A DNA stretch of 56,353 nt, from assembly GCA_047639625.1 (NCBI GenBank), contig JBLIOG010000002.1, positions 1 to 56,353 of the forward strand, written 5' to 3'. The translations under genes and the position numbers were made by a program. Positions 1 to 9,519 of this stretch are shown piece by piece. The stretch is from Gammaproteobacteria bacterium (lineage in GTDB: Bacteria > Pseudomonadota > Gammaproteobacteria > GCA-001735895). The notes under the pieces were generated by a model, which was given only the letters and a program-made list of their open reading frames with translations, was not told the origin of the DNA and made no database searches. Positions within the stretch are counted from its first letter, which is position 1. Each line of letters opens with the position of its first letter.

Positions 1-205
1 CGACGTTTTTCGCGGCAACCGCTATGACATCGAATGCCTCGGGCTCTTCACTCCAGTAGATTCCGAACGCGAGCATAATGATTAAAATGACCGCCAGTGG
101 TGCCAGGATTTTTGTTGTGTAGCTACCAGATTCAGACTGACTGAAATTGAATTTGAGGTCTTCAATCCATCCTTCGAGTTTCTCTTTCATCGCCTTGATA
201 AACAT
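1..205 (-). CDS. DUF2333-like membrane protein, N-terminal part (gene continues past the left edge)
   Basis: There is an ATG at 205-203 on the minus strand. The translation is MFIKAMKEKLEGWIEDLKFNFSQSESGSYTTKILAPLAVILIIMLAFGIYWSEEPEAFDVIAVAAKNV. It has one TM helix followed by GIYWSEEP, a motif I associate from memory with DUF2333 proteins. It is absent from the ORF track because no stop codon lies inside the window. Confidence 0.5.
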   Translation of the reverse strand, partial: MFIKAMKEKLEGWIEDLKFNFSQSESGSYTTKILAPLAVILIIMLAFGIYWSEEPEAFDVIAVAAKNV

Positions 206-258
206 CCGGTTTCGTGACACATTGGATTATTATATATGGGCAGGCTCGTGACGTCGCA

Positions 259-2466
259 ATGAAAAAGATCATTAAATTAATTGTTTACACATTGTTGGTG
301 GCTATTGTGTTTGTAATAGGCACGGTCAGCGTATTTGTCTCAATATTTGACGCCAATGAATACAAACAGGATTTGTCGGATCTGGTCGCTGAGCAAACCG
401 GGCGAAATCTACAGTTTTTTGGTGATGTCAGTTTAACCGTCTATCCTGCCCTCGGAATGAAGCTCGGTGCCCTCAGCCTTTCCAATGCGCCAGGCTTTGG
501 GCCTGAGCCTATGGTAAAAGTGAATAAGGCCAGTGTTAGTGTCGATGTAGCTTCTCTGTTTGCATTCAAGCCTGAAATTGATCAATTTGTTCTGGATGGG
601 CTTGAGATCAATTTACAAAAAGATAAAAACGGTGTTACCAACTGGGACGATCTCGTCGCATCTTCCACATCCGATCCTGCGGCAGACGAACAAGAGGGAG
701 TAGCGTCTACGCAAAACACAATCAGCGATTCTGAGCCCATGGATATACAAGGTGCCTTCGGTGGATTGCAGATAAAAAATGCCAACCTGCTATGGAAAGA
801 TGCACAGGCTGGTGCCGAATATCGAGTTCAGAGAATGAATATTATCAGCGGTCGTATTACACCAGATAAACCGTTCTCGATTTCCGTTAGTGCTGCGATA
901 AACAGTGCAAATGAACTGGATGCCACGATTGATCTCAAAACTAGCATCCAATATTTATTGAAAACAGGGCAATTGAACATAGCCAATCTTTCGCTGTCGG
1001 TGGATGCCAGTGGCCCAATGTTACCGACTGAAACTTTGCTTCTGACGATTGATTCTAAAGCTCTGGCTCTCGATACCGTCAGCTCAAAGTTAAAACTTAC
1101 TCATTTAAACATCGGTATCGAGGCACGCGGAGATCTTTTTCAGCTGGGTAAAATCAAAGCGGGTATTGGCGGGCAGAGTGTTTTGCTTGACCTTCCCGAG
1201 AATGAGTTGACGATTGATGGGTTAAAACTAGCCATTGATGATGTGTTGTTCGAGGGTAATCTTAAGTTAATTGATTTCACCCAACCGGCTGTCCAATTTG
1301 TCCTGACGGCTAATAATCTGGATATCGATGCTTTGCTGGGAACTCCACCCCCGAGTAAAGCCGAGGTTGTCGAAGAGCCTGTACTGGTAGAAACTGGGTC
1401 AGATGAAGATGTGCAAATTGCGTTGCCAATAGAATTGTTGCGATCAATATTCATCGATGGTCGCCTCAAAATCAACACACTAAAGTTGCAAAATCTTAAT
1501 ATTGCACAGGTAGATTTCGGCATTCAGGCAGACAATGGGTTGATCGATATAAATCCATTGGCGATGGATTTATATAACGGGAAATTTGATGGACGGATTC
1601 AACTGGATGTCACCGGTACGGCGCCAGTTTATAAGGTGAGTAAAAAATTCAATGGTGTACAGATAGGGCCCTTACTCAACGATTTTGCACTGATAGATAA
1701 AATCGAAGGAGGACTAACGGCCTCGGTGACGGTTGAAACTAAAGGCGAGTGGCTGAGCGAATTAAAGAAAAACAGTCAGGGTGATATGCAGCTCGCGTTC
1801 GAAGATGGGGTGTTAAAAGGATTTAATCTTCGCCATATGATTGATAAGGCCAAAGCAAAAATTCGAAAAGAGAAAGCGCCCGCGGAACAAACTCTGACAA
1901 CTGATTTCTCAGCTCTAACGCTTAGCGGTATCATTCGTAATGGAGTGTTCAGTAGTGATGATCTTAGCTTACAGGCGCCATTAGTCAGAGTCGGTGGAAA
2001 GGGTAAAGCTGACTTAAATACCAATGTTGTTGATTATCTGGTTAGAGCCAAGCTGGTCGAATCGGTTGGTGGACAGGATGGTGGTGAGATTGATGACCTT
2101 AAAGGAATTTTGATTCCAGTCCGTATTAAAGGACCTTTTTCGGCGCCGAGAATTGATGTTCAGCTCGATGAAATGTTAAAGGATCAGGCTGCTCAATTAT
2201 TGGCCAAAGAAAAGGCGCAATTAGAAGCGAATGTTGCTGCTCAAAAAGCTGCGTTACAAGAGCAGCTGGTGGCCGAAAAAGTTAAGCTTGAAGCCGCGAA
2301 GCAAGCAGAGTTTAAAAAACAGAAAGCGGTACTAGAAGCTCGCAAAAATGCTGAAGCAGAGAAACTGGCTGCAGAAAAAGCGCGCCTGAAAGCTGAGCTT
2401 GATGCAAAGAAGAAAGCGGCGAAAAAGAAAGCCAGGGAAGAACTTTTAAAGCAATTAACGGATTGA
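259..2466 (+). CDS. AsmA-family outer-membrane assembly protein
   Basis: The ORF is 214..2466. The likely start is the ATG at 259 ([27 protein letters not shown], an N-terminal membrane anchor). The body is long and beta-rich, and the C-terminal AsmA-like segment reads [20 protein letters not shown]...[13 protein letters not shown]. It ends in a K/A/E-rich tail and has a 4-nt ATGA overlap with mutY. Confidence 0.75.
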   Translation: MKKIIKLIVYTLLVAIVFVIGTVSVFVSIFDANEYKQDLSDLVAEQTGRNLQFFGDVSLTVYPALGMKLGALSLSNAPGFGPEPMVKVNKASVSVDVASLFAFKPEIDQFVLDGLEINLQKDKNGVTNWDDLVASSTSDPAADEQEGVASTQNTISDSEPMDIQGAFGGLQIKNANLLWKDAQAGAEYRVQRMNIISGRITPDKPFSISVSAAINSANELDATIDLKTSIQYLLKTGQLNIANLSLSVDASGPMLPTETLLLTIDSKALALDTVSSKLKLTHLNIGIEARGDLFQLGKIKAGIGGQSVLLDLPENELTIDGLKLAIDDVLFEGNLKLIDFTQPAVQFVLTANNLDIDALLGTPPPSKAEVVEEPVLVETGSDEDVQIALPIELLRSIFIDGRLKINTLKLQNLNIAQVDFGIQADNGLIDINPLAMDLYNGKFDGRIQLDVTGTAPVYKVSKKFNGVQIGPLLNDFALIDKIEGGLTASVTVETKGEWLSELKKNSQGDMQLAFEDGVLKGFNLRHMIDKAKAKIRKEKAPAEQTLTTDFSALTLSGIIRNGVFSSDDLSLQAPLVRVGGKGKADLNTNVVDYLVRAKLVESVGGQDGGEIDDLKGILIPVRIKGPFSAPRIDVQLDEMLKDQAAQLLAKEKAQLEANVAAQKAALQEQLVAEKVKLEAAKQAEFKKQKAVLEARKNAEAEKLAAEKARLKAELDAKKKAAKKKAREELLKQLTD

Positions 2467-3539
2467 TGCCTGCAATTAACCATGAATCGGGACAGCTTAT
2501 TCCCGATGCTTTTGCGGTTAAGTTGCTTGACTGGCAAAAACTGAATGGCCGGCATGACCTGCCCTGGCAACACCAGGATGCCTACCGGGTCTGGCTCTCA
2601 GAAATCATGTTGCAGCAAACGCAGGTTGCCACAGTCATTCCCTATTATCATGCCTTTCTTGAGCATTTTCCAACCGTTATTGACCTTGCCAATGCAAATA
2701 TTGATGAGGTGCTTCGGTCATGGCAGGGTTTGGGTTATTACGCCCGTGCTCGAAATCTGTATCGTGCCGCGGGCATTATTCGAGATGAACACAAAGGCCA
2801 ATTCCCGCAAACCCTCGAAGCAGTTTGTGCACTTCCAGGTGTTGGCCGTTCAACCGCTGGTGCGATATTAAGTTTTGCCTTTCAGCAACCCTGGCCGATT
2901 CTTGATGGAAATGTAAAGCGAGTCCTGGCTCGATGTTTCCAGGTGTCAGGCTGGTATGGCAAAAGCGATACTTTAAAAAAGCTGTGGTCTCTGTCTGAGT
3001 CGGTGACACCCCATCAGGAAACAGCCGCGTTTAATCAGGCGATGATGGACCTGGGTTCGATGCTTTGCCTGAAGTCCCGGCCGAAATGCGAGCTTTGTCC
3101 TGTTTCCGGTTGTTGTGCTAGTTTCCGAGATAATGGCCAACATTTATTTCCTGAATCTAAGCCGAAAAAATCGAAACCAATCAAAGCAACCCTCATGATA
3201 TTGCATCAATGTCAGGGCCAAATCCTAATGTGGCGTCGACCAGAATCGGGTATCTGGGGCGGATTGTGGTCATTGCCTGAAGTGACTGAGACAGATGACA
3301 TTGTGACCTGGCAATTAGCCGCCATTGGTTTGAGCCAGATTCCCCAAAAAACTCATGCCAATCTGCTTCGACATCAATTTACCCACTACAGTCTTGATAT
3401 TTCCCTGGCTATTGTCGATCTTGATCAATTCCCAGTTCAAATATCCGACAATGATAACTTTCGCTGGATCGACCTGAATGCTATCGCCAATTATGGTTTA
3501 CCGACACCCGTTAAATCTATTCTCAAAGCAAACTATTGA
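2463..3539 (+). CDS. mutY: A/G-specific adenine DNA glycosylase
   Basis: It has the HhH-GPD motif [17 protein letters not shown] and the Fe-S cluster loop [17 protein letters not shown] (C-X6-C-X2-C-X5-C). The C-terminal domain is NUDIX-like. Confidence 0.9.
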   Translation: MMPAINHESGQLIPDAFAVKLLDWQKLNGRHDLPWQHQDAYRVWLSEIMLQQTQVATVIPYYHAFLEHFPTVIDLANANIDEVLRSWQGLGYYARARNLYRAAGIIRDEHKGQFPQTLEAVCALPGVGRSTAGAILSFAFQQPWPILDGNVKRVLARCFQVSGWYGKSDTLKKLWSLSESVTPHQETAAFNQAMMDLGSMLCLKSRPKCELCPVSGCCASFRDNGQHLFPESKPKKSKPIKATLMILHQCQGQILMWRRPESGIWGGLWSLPEVTETDDIVTWQLAAIGLSQIPQKTHANLLRHQFTHYSLDISLAIVDLDQFPVQISDNDNFRWIDLNAIANYGLPTPVKSILKANY

Positions 3540-3663
3540 TCTGGCTGTTGGATCTATCCGTACTAGTTTCATTATAATTTAAATTTGGTTAAGTTAATTA
3601 AGATTGACTGAAACTGTGCCGCCTTTTAAGGTTGCCGGCATTTATATATAGTTGAGACATAGC

Positions 3664-5115
3664 ATGACCGAATCGAATCATAATTTCATCGCAGGCGAGT
3701 GGATTGCAGGCAGCAGTGAAGTTGCTAACATCAACCCTTCAGACTTGTCCGATACCATTGGGATGTATGCCCAGGCCGATAGTGCCCAATTACAGCGTGC
3801 GCTCGATGCTGCAACTAGTGCGCAAAAGGAATGGGGTCGTTCAGGTCTTGAAAAGCGCTATAGCGTTTTAATGGCGATTGGCAATGAATTGATTGAACGT
3901 TGTGAAGAGCTGGGTACTTTGCTGGCTCGTGAAGAAGGCAAAACACAGCCCGAAGGTAAAGGTGAAATTTATCGAGCGGGGCAATTTTTTACCTATTACG
4001 CCGCAGAATCCCTTCGCCAGATTGGTGATACAGCTGATTCGACTCGAGACGGAATTGAAGTTGATGTTCGTCGGGAACCAGTGGGTGTTATTGCTATTAT
4101 CTCACCGTGGAATTTCCCAACCGCGACCGCCGTCTGGAAAATTGCACCGGCATTGGCTTTTGGTAACTCAGTCATCTGGAAACCGGCTAATCTGGTCCCA
4201 GCATCTGCAGTTGCACTGACCCAAATTATTGCGAAACAGGACATCCCAGCAGGACTGTTTAATTTGGTCATGGGGTCTGGTCGAGAAATTGGTCAGGAAC
4301 TCATTGAGAGCCCGATGGTAAATGCGATCAGTTTTACCGGTTCGGTGCCTGTTGGTCGTCAGATTGCTATTTCAGCAGTCGCAAATTTCACAAAAATACA
4401 GCTTGAAATGGGTTCAAAGAATGCGTTAGCCATTATGGATGATGCCAATATGGATACAGCCGTTGCCTGTGCTTTAGGCGGAGCTTTTGGCAGTACGGGT
4501 CAGAAATGTACGGCATCTTCAAGGCTCGTTGTGCATTCGTCGGTCCACGATGAATTTGTCGACCGACTGGTCGCTGGTGCGCAAAAAATGGTGGTTGGGC
4601 ATGCACTCGAAGCGGATTCACAAATGGGTCCTGTTTCCAGTGAGGTGCAACTCACTCAAAATCTGGCTAATATTAAACTGGCTAAAAAGGAAGGTGGTGA
4701 ATTACGATGTGGCGGTGAGCGCGTTGAACGTGCGACTGAAGGTTATTACATGACGCCTGCAGTTTTTACCGGAACACAGAATAGTTGGCAGGTTAATCGA
4801 GATGAGTTATTTGCACCAATGGCTTGCGTGATCAAAGTTGATTCTTACGATGAAGCTCTGGCAACTGTGAACGATACGAAGTTCGGTTTGACTGCCGGGA
4901 TAATTACAACCAATCTGGCAAGGGCTACCCATTTCCGTCGACAGGCCAAAACTGGTTGTGTCATGGTGAATTTAGCAACTGCAGGAACGGATTATCATGT
5001 GCCTTTTGGTGGTCGTGGTGAGTCGTCTTATGGGCCGCGCGAGCAGGGTTCATACGCGAAAGAATTTTATACTCACGTTAAAACCGCTTACATCAGTAGC
5101 GGTAATCCCGAATAG
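3664..5115 (+). CDS. NAD(P)-dependent aldehyde dehydrogenase (2,5-dioxovalerate / alpha-ketoglutaric-semialdehyde dehydrogenase-like)
   Basis: It carries the ALDH catalytic Glu motif QLEMGSKNA and the Cys motif GQKCTASSR. The N-terminal INPSDLSDTIG resembles KGSADH-type ALDHs. The ORF opens at a TTG at 3652, but the ATG at 3664 (MTESNHNF) is the more likely start. Confidence 0.85.
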   Translation: MTESNHNFIAGEWIAGSSEVANINPSDLSDTIGMYAQADSAQLQRALDAATSAQKEWGRSGLEKRYSVLMAIGNELIERCEELGTLLAREEGKTQPEGKGEIYRAGQFFTYYAAESLRQIGDTADSTRDGIEVDVRREPVGVIAIISPWNFPTATAVWKIAPALAFGNSVIWKPANLVPASAVALTQIIAKQDIPAGLFNLVMGSGREIGQELIESPMVNAISFTGSVPVGRQIAISAVANFTKIQLEMGSKNALAIMDDANMDTAVACALGGAFGSTGQKCTASSRLVVHSSVHDEFVDRLVAGAQKMVVGHALEADSQMGPVSSEVQLTQNLANIKLAKKEGGELRCGGERVERATEGYYMTPAVFTGTQNSWQVNRDELFAPMACVIKVDSYDEALATVNDTKFGLTAGIITTNLARATHFRRQAKTGCVMVNLATAGTDYHVPFGGRGESSYGPREQGSYAKEFYTHVKTAYISSGNPE

Positions 5116-5124
5116 GTTGTCACT

Positions 5125-6114
5125 ATGTCCGAAACCAGTTATCGAATCGATGCGCTCCAATACGCCAACTGGTCTGAAGAAATATTTCAGCAGATGCGCG
5201 ATGGCGGTGTTGACGCCGTACATGTCACCATTGCTTATCATGAGAATTTTCGTGAAACAGTGGCTAATATGGAGCAATGGAACAGCTACTTTGAGCGTTT
5301 TCCGCATCTGATATTTCAGGGCTTTACCGGAGATGATGTTCGATTGGCGCGTGATACCAGTCGAACTGCTATCTTTTACGGGTTTCAGAACCCATCACCG
5401 ATTGAAGACGATATCCGTCTCGTCGAAATCCTGCACACCCTGGGTGCCCGATTCATGCAGTTAACCTATAACAATCAGTCGCTGTTGGCGACGGGTTGTT
5501 ACGAACCGAACGACAGCGGTATTACGCGGATGGGTCGGGAGGTTATTGATGAGATGAATCGAGTTGGCCTTGTCGTAGATATGAGTCATTCCGCAGAACG
5601 TTCAACCCTGGAAGCGATGGAAGTCAGTCAGCGACCGATTGTCATTACCCATGCTAATCCGGCTTCATGGCATTCGGCGTTGCGTAACAAATCAGATGCG
5701 GTCATGAAAGCGCTTGGTGAAACGGGCGGAATGTTGGGTTTTAGTATGTACCCCCATCATTTAAAAGATGGCAGCAATTGTAGCCTCGACAGTTTCTGTC
5801 AAATGATTGAACAAGCGGCTGAAACCATGGGTATCGAACATATCGGCCTGGGATCTGATCTCTGTCAAAATCAACCCGATTCCGTGGTTGAATGGATGCG
5901 AGTCGGTCGATGGACGAAAAAGATCGATTATGGCGAAGGGTCAAAATCGAATGCCGGTTTTCCACCGATGCCGGACTGGTTTGGTGGCAATAGTGATTTT
6001 TCAAATATTGAAAAAGGTTTACTGAATCGCGGATTTTCTAAGGAAGACACGGCCAGAGTGATGGGTAATAACTGGCTAAAATTTTTTGATGAAAACTTCG
6101 GCCCTGACTATTAA
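5125..6114 (+). CDS. Peptidase M19 (renal dipeptidase)-like amidohydrolase, atypical
   Basis: M19-like motifs VVDMSHSAERS, IVITHANP, GLGSD and FSKEDTARVMGNNWLKFF are present. The N-terminal DGHND metal motif is not recognisable. The gene begins 9 nt after the ALDH stop. Confidence 0.75.
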   Translation: MSETSYRIDALQYANWSEEIFQQMRDGGVDAVHVTIAYHENFRETVANMEQWNSYFERFPHLIFQGFTGDDVRLARDTSRTAIFYGFQNPSPIEDDIRLVEILHTLGARFMQLTYNNQSLLATGCYEPNDSGITRMGREVIDEMNRVGLVVDMSHSAERSTLEAMEVSQRPIVITHANPASWHSALRNKSDAVMKALGETGGMLGFSMYPHHLKDGSNCSLDSFCQMIEQAAETMGIEHIGLGSDLCQNQPDSVVEWMRVGRWTKKIDYGEGSKSNAGFPPMPDWFGGNSDFSNIEKGLLNRGFSKEDTARVMGNNWLKFFDENFGPDY

Positions 6115-6124
6115 TTAAGAAACC

Positions 6125-7798
6125 ATGAGCGATACACAAACTTCAATCAACCCCGCTACTGATCGTTTTCGGAGATCTCCGGAAACCGTCATGCGATTGG
6201 CCCGAATGGGCAGCTTTCATCAAACTCGCCTGTCGTTCATGCGCACTCTATTGCGCCGAATGAAACAGGAAAAGTGGCAGTTCAAGTGTAATCTCTGGGA
6301 AATCGACGATCAGGGTTTTGGCCGAGCTGTTTATACTGTTTACGGCCCCGAAAGAAATTATTCGCTGGTTGCTTTTTCGCACGATTTACCGGATCACATG
6401 CGCTCTGATCGCGTTATTGCCACCGCCTGGGACACAACCTTTACGTTATTTGACGGCATTCCTGAACGCGCTGATATTGAACGACTTGAACAGAATGTTC
6501 CAAAACAGGAAGCAGGACGAATTTCTGATTCGGAGCTCAGTTTGTCACGGGCCAATAAATCAGTGCGACTCTGGAATCACGTAGTCGATCGTTTGGCTGC
6601 CGGTGAGCAGCCTGATCGTGAGCAGCTTGAGTCGGTTGGATATCTGGTTAGAACAACGGCGGTGTATGGTTCAGGGAAATTTGGCGCGACTGATCGTTTG
6701 ACGATTGCAGGTCGATCAGAGGTGTCCGGTCCTTTCCAGGCGGAGTTATTATCAGTCTGGTTAACCCGAGCATTTGCCATGGATTTGTTAGAGCATGTTG
6801 CTTTGTTCAGAGGTGGTGACAATGCCGTTAAATTTGACCCTGCCTTGAGGCGACGCATTGGGGTCGGTAATTCAACTGGATTGGGTATGGCCCCCTTTCT
6901 CATAAACCACCCTGCCTTGATTAATAACTGGATGATGGCCAGAGAGGAGGCGATAGCCAAAGTACGGTCGTTGGAAACAGCGAGCAAGGACGAAGTCATT
7001 GAGTTTAAGGTCAATTTTGAGAGAGCCAGTTTCAACGTGTCGCAATGGCGATCCGAACATCCCATTCAGATCGAAAAACTGAGTGACCTGAAGGCTGATC
7101 TGATACTTATGAATCAGTATATTGATGATGAATCTCTGGTCACTAATCATCCCTGGGATCGATTTTACCGGTGGTCCGAAAAGAACCTGACGCTTGAAGG
7201 TCAGGAGTTATTAATTTCATTGATACTGGAGCCCTATGGCAGCTTAGTCGATGAATTAACTCATTGTATGGACGCCGACGAACATCGTAGTTTTTTTATT
7301 GATGGTTCAATGACGGTTAAAGCGCTGAAAAAAATAATTGAAGATCAATGTCAGTGGGCAATCGAAGAGGATTATAGCGACCCTAAACGTCGAGCAAGAT
7401 TCTGGTACTACTCGGCCGAAAAACTAGAGCCACGAGTGGGAGAACGATTTGATGAACCTGGTGCTGAATATGAAGAACCCTTGTGTATCGGTCTATTTAT
7501 CTCTGAGTTATTTGAGTGTATTTCTGAATGGGATAAGGATAAAACGGTCGCTGACTTTCTGCTCAAGCACCCCGAACATCGACATATAACTCGTCGGGTA
7601 CAAAATCTGGCCACTCAGCCCTATGCCGAAGTCCAGGACAATCTGATTGCTTCAGATATGCTGCCGATTGATCTGTTGCGTTGTAAGTTGTCATTTTTTG
7701 GTGCCACGCGTTTTGATCCTCGATCAGATCGCTGGGTCAGAATTTGTATGTATCAGGATGCGCCTTATCCGCATGAATTACTGGAAGCGGCTCCGTGA
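6125..7798 (+). CDS. Hypothetical soluble protein, 557 aa, no recognisable motif
   Basis: This is a long uninterrupted ORF starting 10 nt after the M19-like gene. Its stop overlaps the next gene's GTG start (GTGA). I see no TM segments and recognise no family. Confidence 0.8.
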   Translation: MSDTQTSINPATDRFRRSPETVMRLARMGSFHQTRLSFMRTLLRRMKQEKWQFKCNLWEIDDQGFGRAVYTVYGPERNYSLVAFSHDLPDHMRSDRVIATAWDTTFTLFDGIPERADIERLEQNVPKQEAGRISDSELSLSRANKSVRLWNHVVDRLAAGEQPDREQLESVGYLVRTTAVYGSGKFGATDRLTIAGRSEVSGPFQAELLSVWLTRAFAMDLLEHVALFRGGDNAVKFDPALRRRIGVGNSTGLGMAPFLINHPALINNWMMAREEAIAKVRSLETASKDEVIEFKVNFERASFNVSQWRSEHPIQIEKLSDLKADLILMNQYIDDESLVTNHPWDRFYRWSEKNLTLEGQELLISLILEPYGSLVDELTHCMDADEHRSFFIDGSMTVKALKKIIEDQCQWAIEEDYSDPKRRARFWYYSAEKLEPRVGERFDEPGAEYEEPLCIGLFISELFECISEWDKDKTVADFLLKHPEHRHITRRVQNLATQPYAEVQDNLIASDMLPIDLLRCKLSFFGATRFDPRSDRWVRICMYQDAPYPHELLEAAP

Positions 7799-8451
7799 GT
7801 TATTTATTAACCTTAGCCGAGTGCGAAGTTTATTTGCGTAAATGTGCCCGTGCTACGGGCCTAAGCTGGGGTATTGCAGAAGAAGCAGGAAAAACATCTC
7901 GTTGGCTCGCAGCCTATAATTTACCCGGTCCTCAAATGGGTTTGGCCCACCTGGAAAAATTACAGGGCAAGCGCTACCAGGACTTTGTTCCTGATTGCTC
8001 GATTGGAGTCTGGCAGGCAAGTGGAGGCCTACTTTGTCCTGTCATTACGGGAGCAGCATTAGCGGATCGGTCGTACAAAATGCTGCAGGGGCGAAAATTT
8101 GAACTCAGTAATGTCGCCTATCCTATTTTGCTATTGGCACCCGTTGGAATGGCGGCGAGATATTATCGAACCACTTTTACCATTCGATGGGGTTCTGTGT
8201 CTGTTAGTTGTTATGAGAATGGAATCAGGATTGAAGGTGATCGAGAAGATCTACAATCACACACAATTGACTCGGTTATCTGTGAGCCTGGTCTGTCATC
8301 AACCCAGGCTGATCAGCAGCCAATGACCCTGTCCTATGCAATTCCTGATAAAGTATGGGTTGCCATTGATACTTTATCGTTTAAAACCTATGCTCCGGCA
8401 ACCGACGCTTCGCGAGCGGGCGCAGGTGCTGGTCTGACCGATAATGACTAA
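7795..8451 (+). CDS. Hypothetical protein, 218 aa (possibly DUF3726-like)
   Basis: The GTG start overlaps the upstream stop by 4 nt. The N-terminal segment ATGLSWGIAEEAGKTSRWLAAYNLPGP resembles what I remember of DUF3726 proteins. That is recollection only and needs an HMM check. Confidence 0.7.
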   Translation: MSYLLTLAECEVYLRKCARATGLSWGIAEEAGKTSRWLAAYNLPGPQMGLAHLEKLQGKRYQDFVPDCSIGVWQASGGLLCPVITGAALADRSYKMLQGRKFELSNVAYPILLLAPVGMAARYYRTTFTIRWGSVSVSCYENGIRIEGDREDLQSHTIDSVICEPGLSSTQADQQPMTLSYAIPDKVWVAIDTLSFKTYAPATDASRAGAGAGLTDND

Positions 8452-8486
8452 AGGTGCCCAATTTGAGAGTCCTCTCGAAGGGTTTA

Positions 8487-9146
8487 TTAACGGTTTTCCA
8501 GTTGTCGTTTTAGCGCGACATTCTCGCTTTCGAGTTGGCTGATTCGTAGTTCAAGTTCGTCAATTCTTTTCTGTAACGCCGAGGGTTCGCGTTTACGGCT
8601 TTCACCAGCGTCTGCCAGTGCATCGATATCAATTGGCCCTCCGAACAGGTGCATGTACTCGGAGTCTTTGCGCCCGGCGGTCCGCAGTAGTTTGACCAGC
8701 AAAGGGCCTGACTCGAAGGCTATTAACTGGTCAATGGATGCAATCACTGCTTGATTGTCGTCAAAACCGTGAAGTCTCGGGCTTCGCGCTCGAAATTCTC
8801 CCGGTGTTTGTGGACCTCTTAACATTAACAAACAAACGATGGCATATTGTGCCGGATCCAGCTGAAGTTCACTGTATGACGAGTTGCAGAAACGATGAAC
8901 ATACTTTTCGATGCCTCGACTGAAGTTTTCTTCGACTCGAATTAAATGCCGTACTTCCAGTCCTCTGACGCAATGTTGTACCTCACCGGGCTTTAACGAC
9001 ATAACTGGATTACGACCAGACTTCTGATTGCAGGCCAGTACCAGTGCATTCAATGTGAGTGGGTACTGGTCGGGTGTGGTCACCGATTTTTCCATCAGGC
9101 AGCCAATGATACGAAGTTCAATGTTAGTTAAATCGTTAATAGCCAT
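8487..9146 (-). CDS. yceH: YceH-family protein (DUF480)
   Basis: The N-terminus LTNIELRIIGCLMEKSVTTPDQYPLTLNALVLACNQKSGRNPVM is typical of YceH/DUF480. The C-terminus is a coiled coil. Confidence 0.85.
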   Translation of the reverse strand: MAINDLTNIELRIIGCLMEKSVTTPDQYPLTLNALVLACNQKSGRNPVMSLKPGEVQHCVRGLEVRHLIRVEENFSRGIEKYVHRFCNSSYSELQLDPAQYAIVCLLMLRGPQTPGEFRARSPRLHGFDDNQAVIASIDQLIAFESGPLLVKLLRTAGRKDSEYMHLFGGPIDIDALADAGESRKREPSALQKRIDELELRISQLESENVALKRQLENR

Positions 9147-9198
9147 ATTTTATTACCACTGAAATAATTGAAAGGTGATATCAAGAAATCAGAGTTCT

Positions 9199-9519
9199 CT
9201 AAAGGGTTGAAATTTCCTGGACGAGAATCCAGGGGTTCACAACAACTGTCCAGAGCTCACTGTCTTTCTCGAACCATCCCTTCGCCTGGTCAATGCTGAC
9301 GTCGCCTAGCGTGCCGGATTCTTTCCAGTTTCGGACCTGTTCAACATCGTCAGTGTGAATAGAATAGGCGACATCAACTAAATCTAGTTCAGAAGAAACA
9401 AATAAGGTACTTCCTGACGCAAAAAAACGTTGTAAATCTTTCCAGGGCATTTTGGCGGTTTCGCCATTAATATTGGCCCGAATCAACGATTTATCGTGTG
9501 TTACGAGATTGTCCGACAT
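9199..9519 (-). CDS. Small conserved protein (DUF2288-like)
   Basis: This 106-aa ORF starts immediately after the oxyR stop with no spacer. The family assignment is from memory of DUF2288-type sequences. Confidence 0.6.
   Translation of the reverse strand: MSDNLVTHDKSLIRANINGETAKMPWKDLQRFFASGSTLFVSSELDLVDVAYSIHTDDVEQVRNWKESGTLGDVSIDQAKGWFEKDSELWTVVVNPWILVQEISTL

Noticed and set aside
6577-7065. 162-aa ORF antisense to the 557-aa gene, along with the neighbouring antisense ORF 6872..7150.
   Set aside because: It is entirely embedded opposite a long, well-supported ORF and has Ser/Ala/Leu/Arg-rich shadow-frame composition. It shows no start context or motif.
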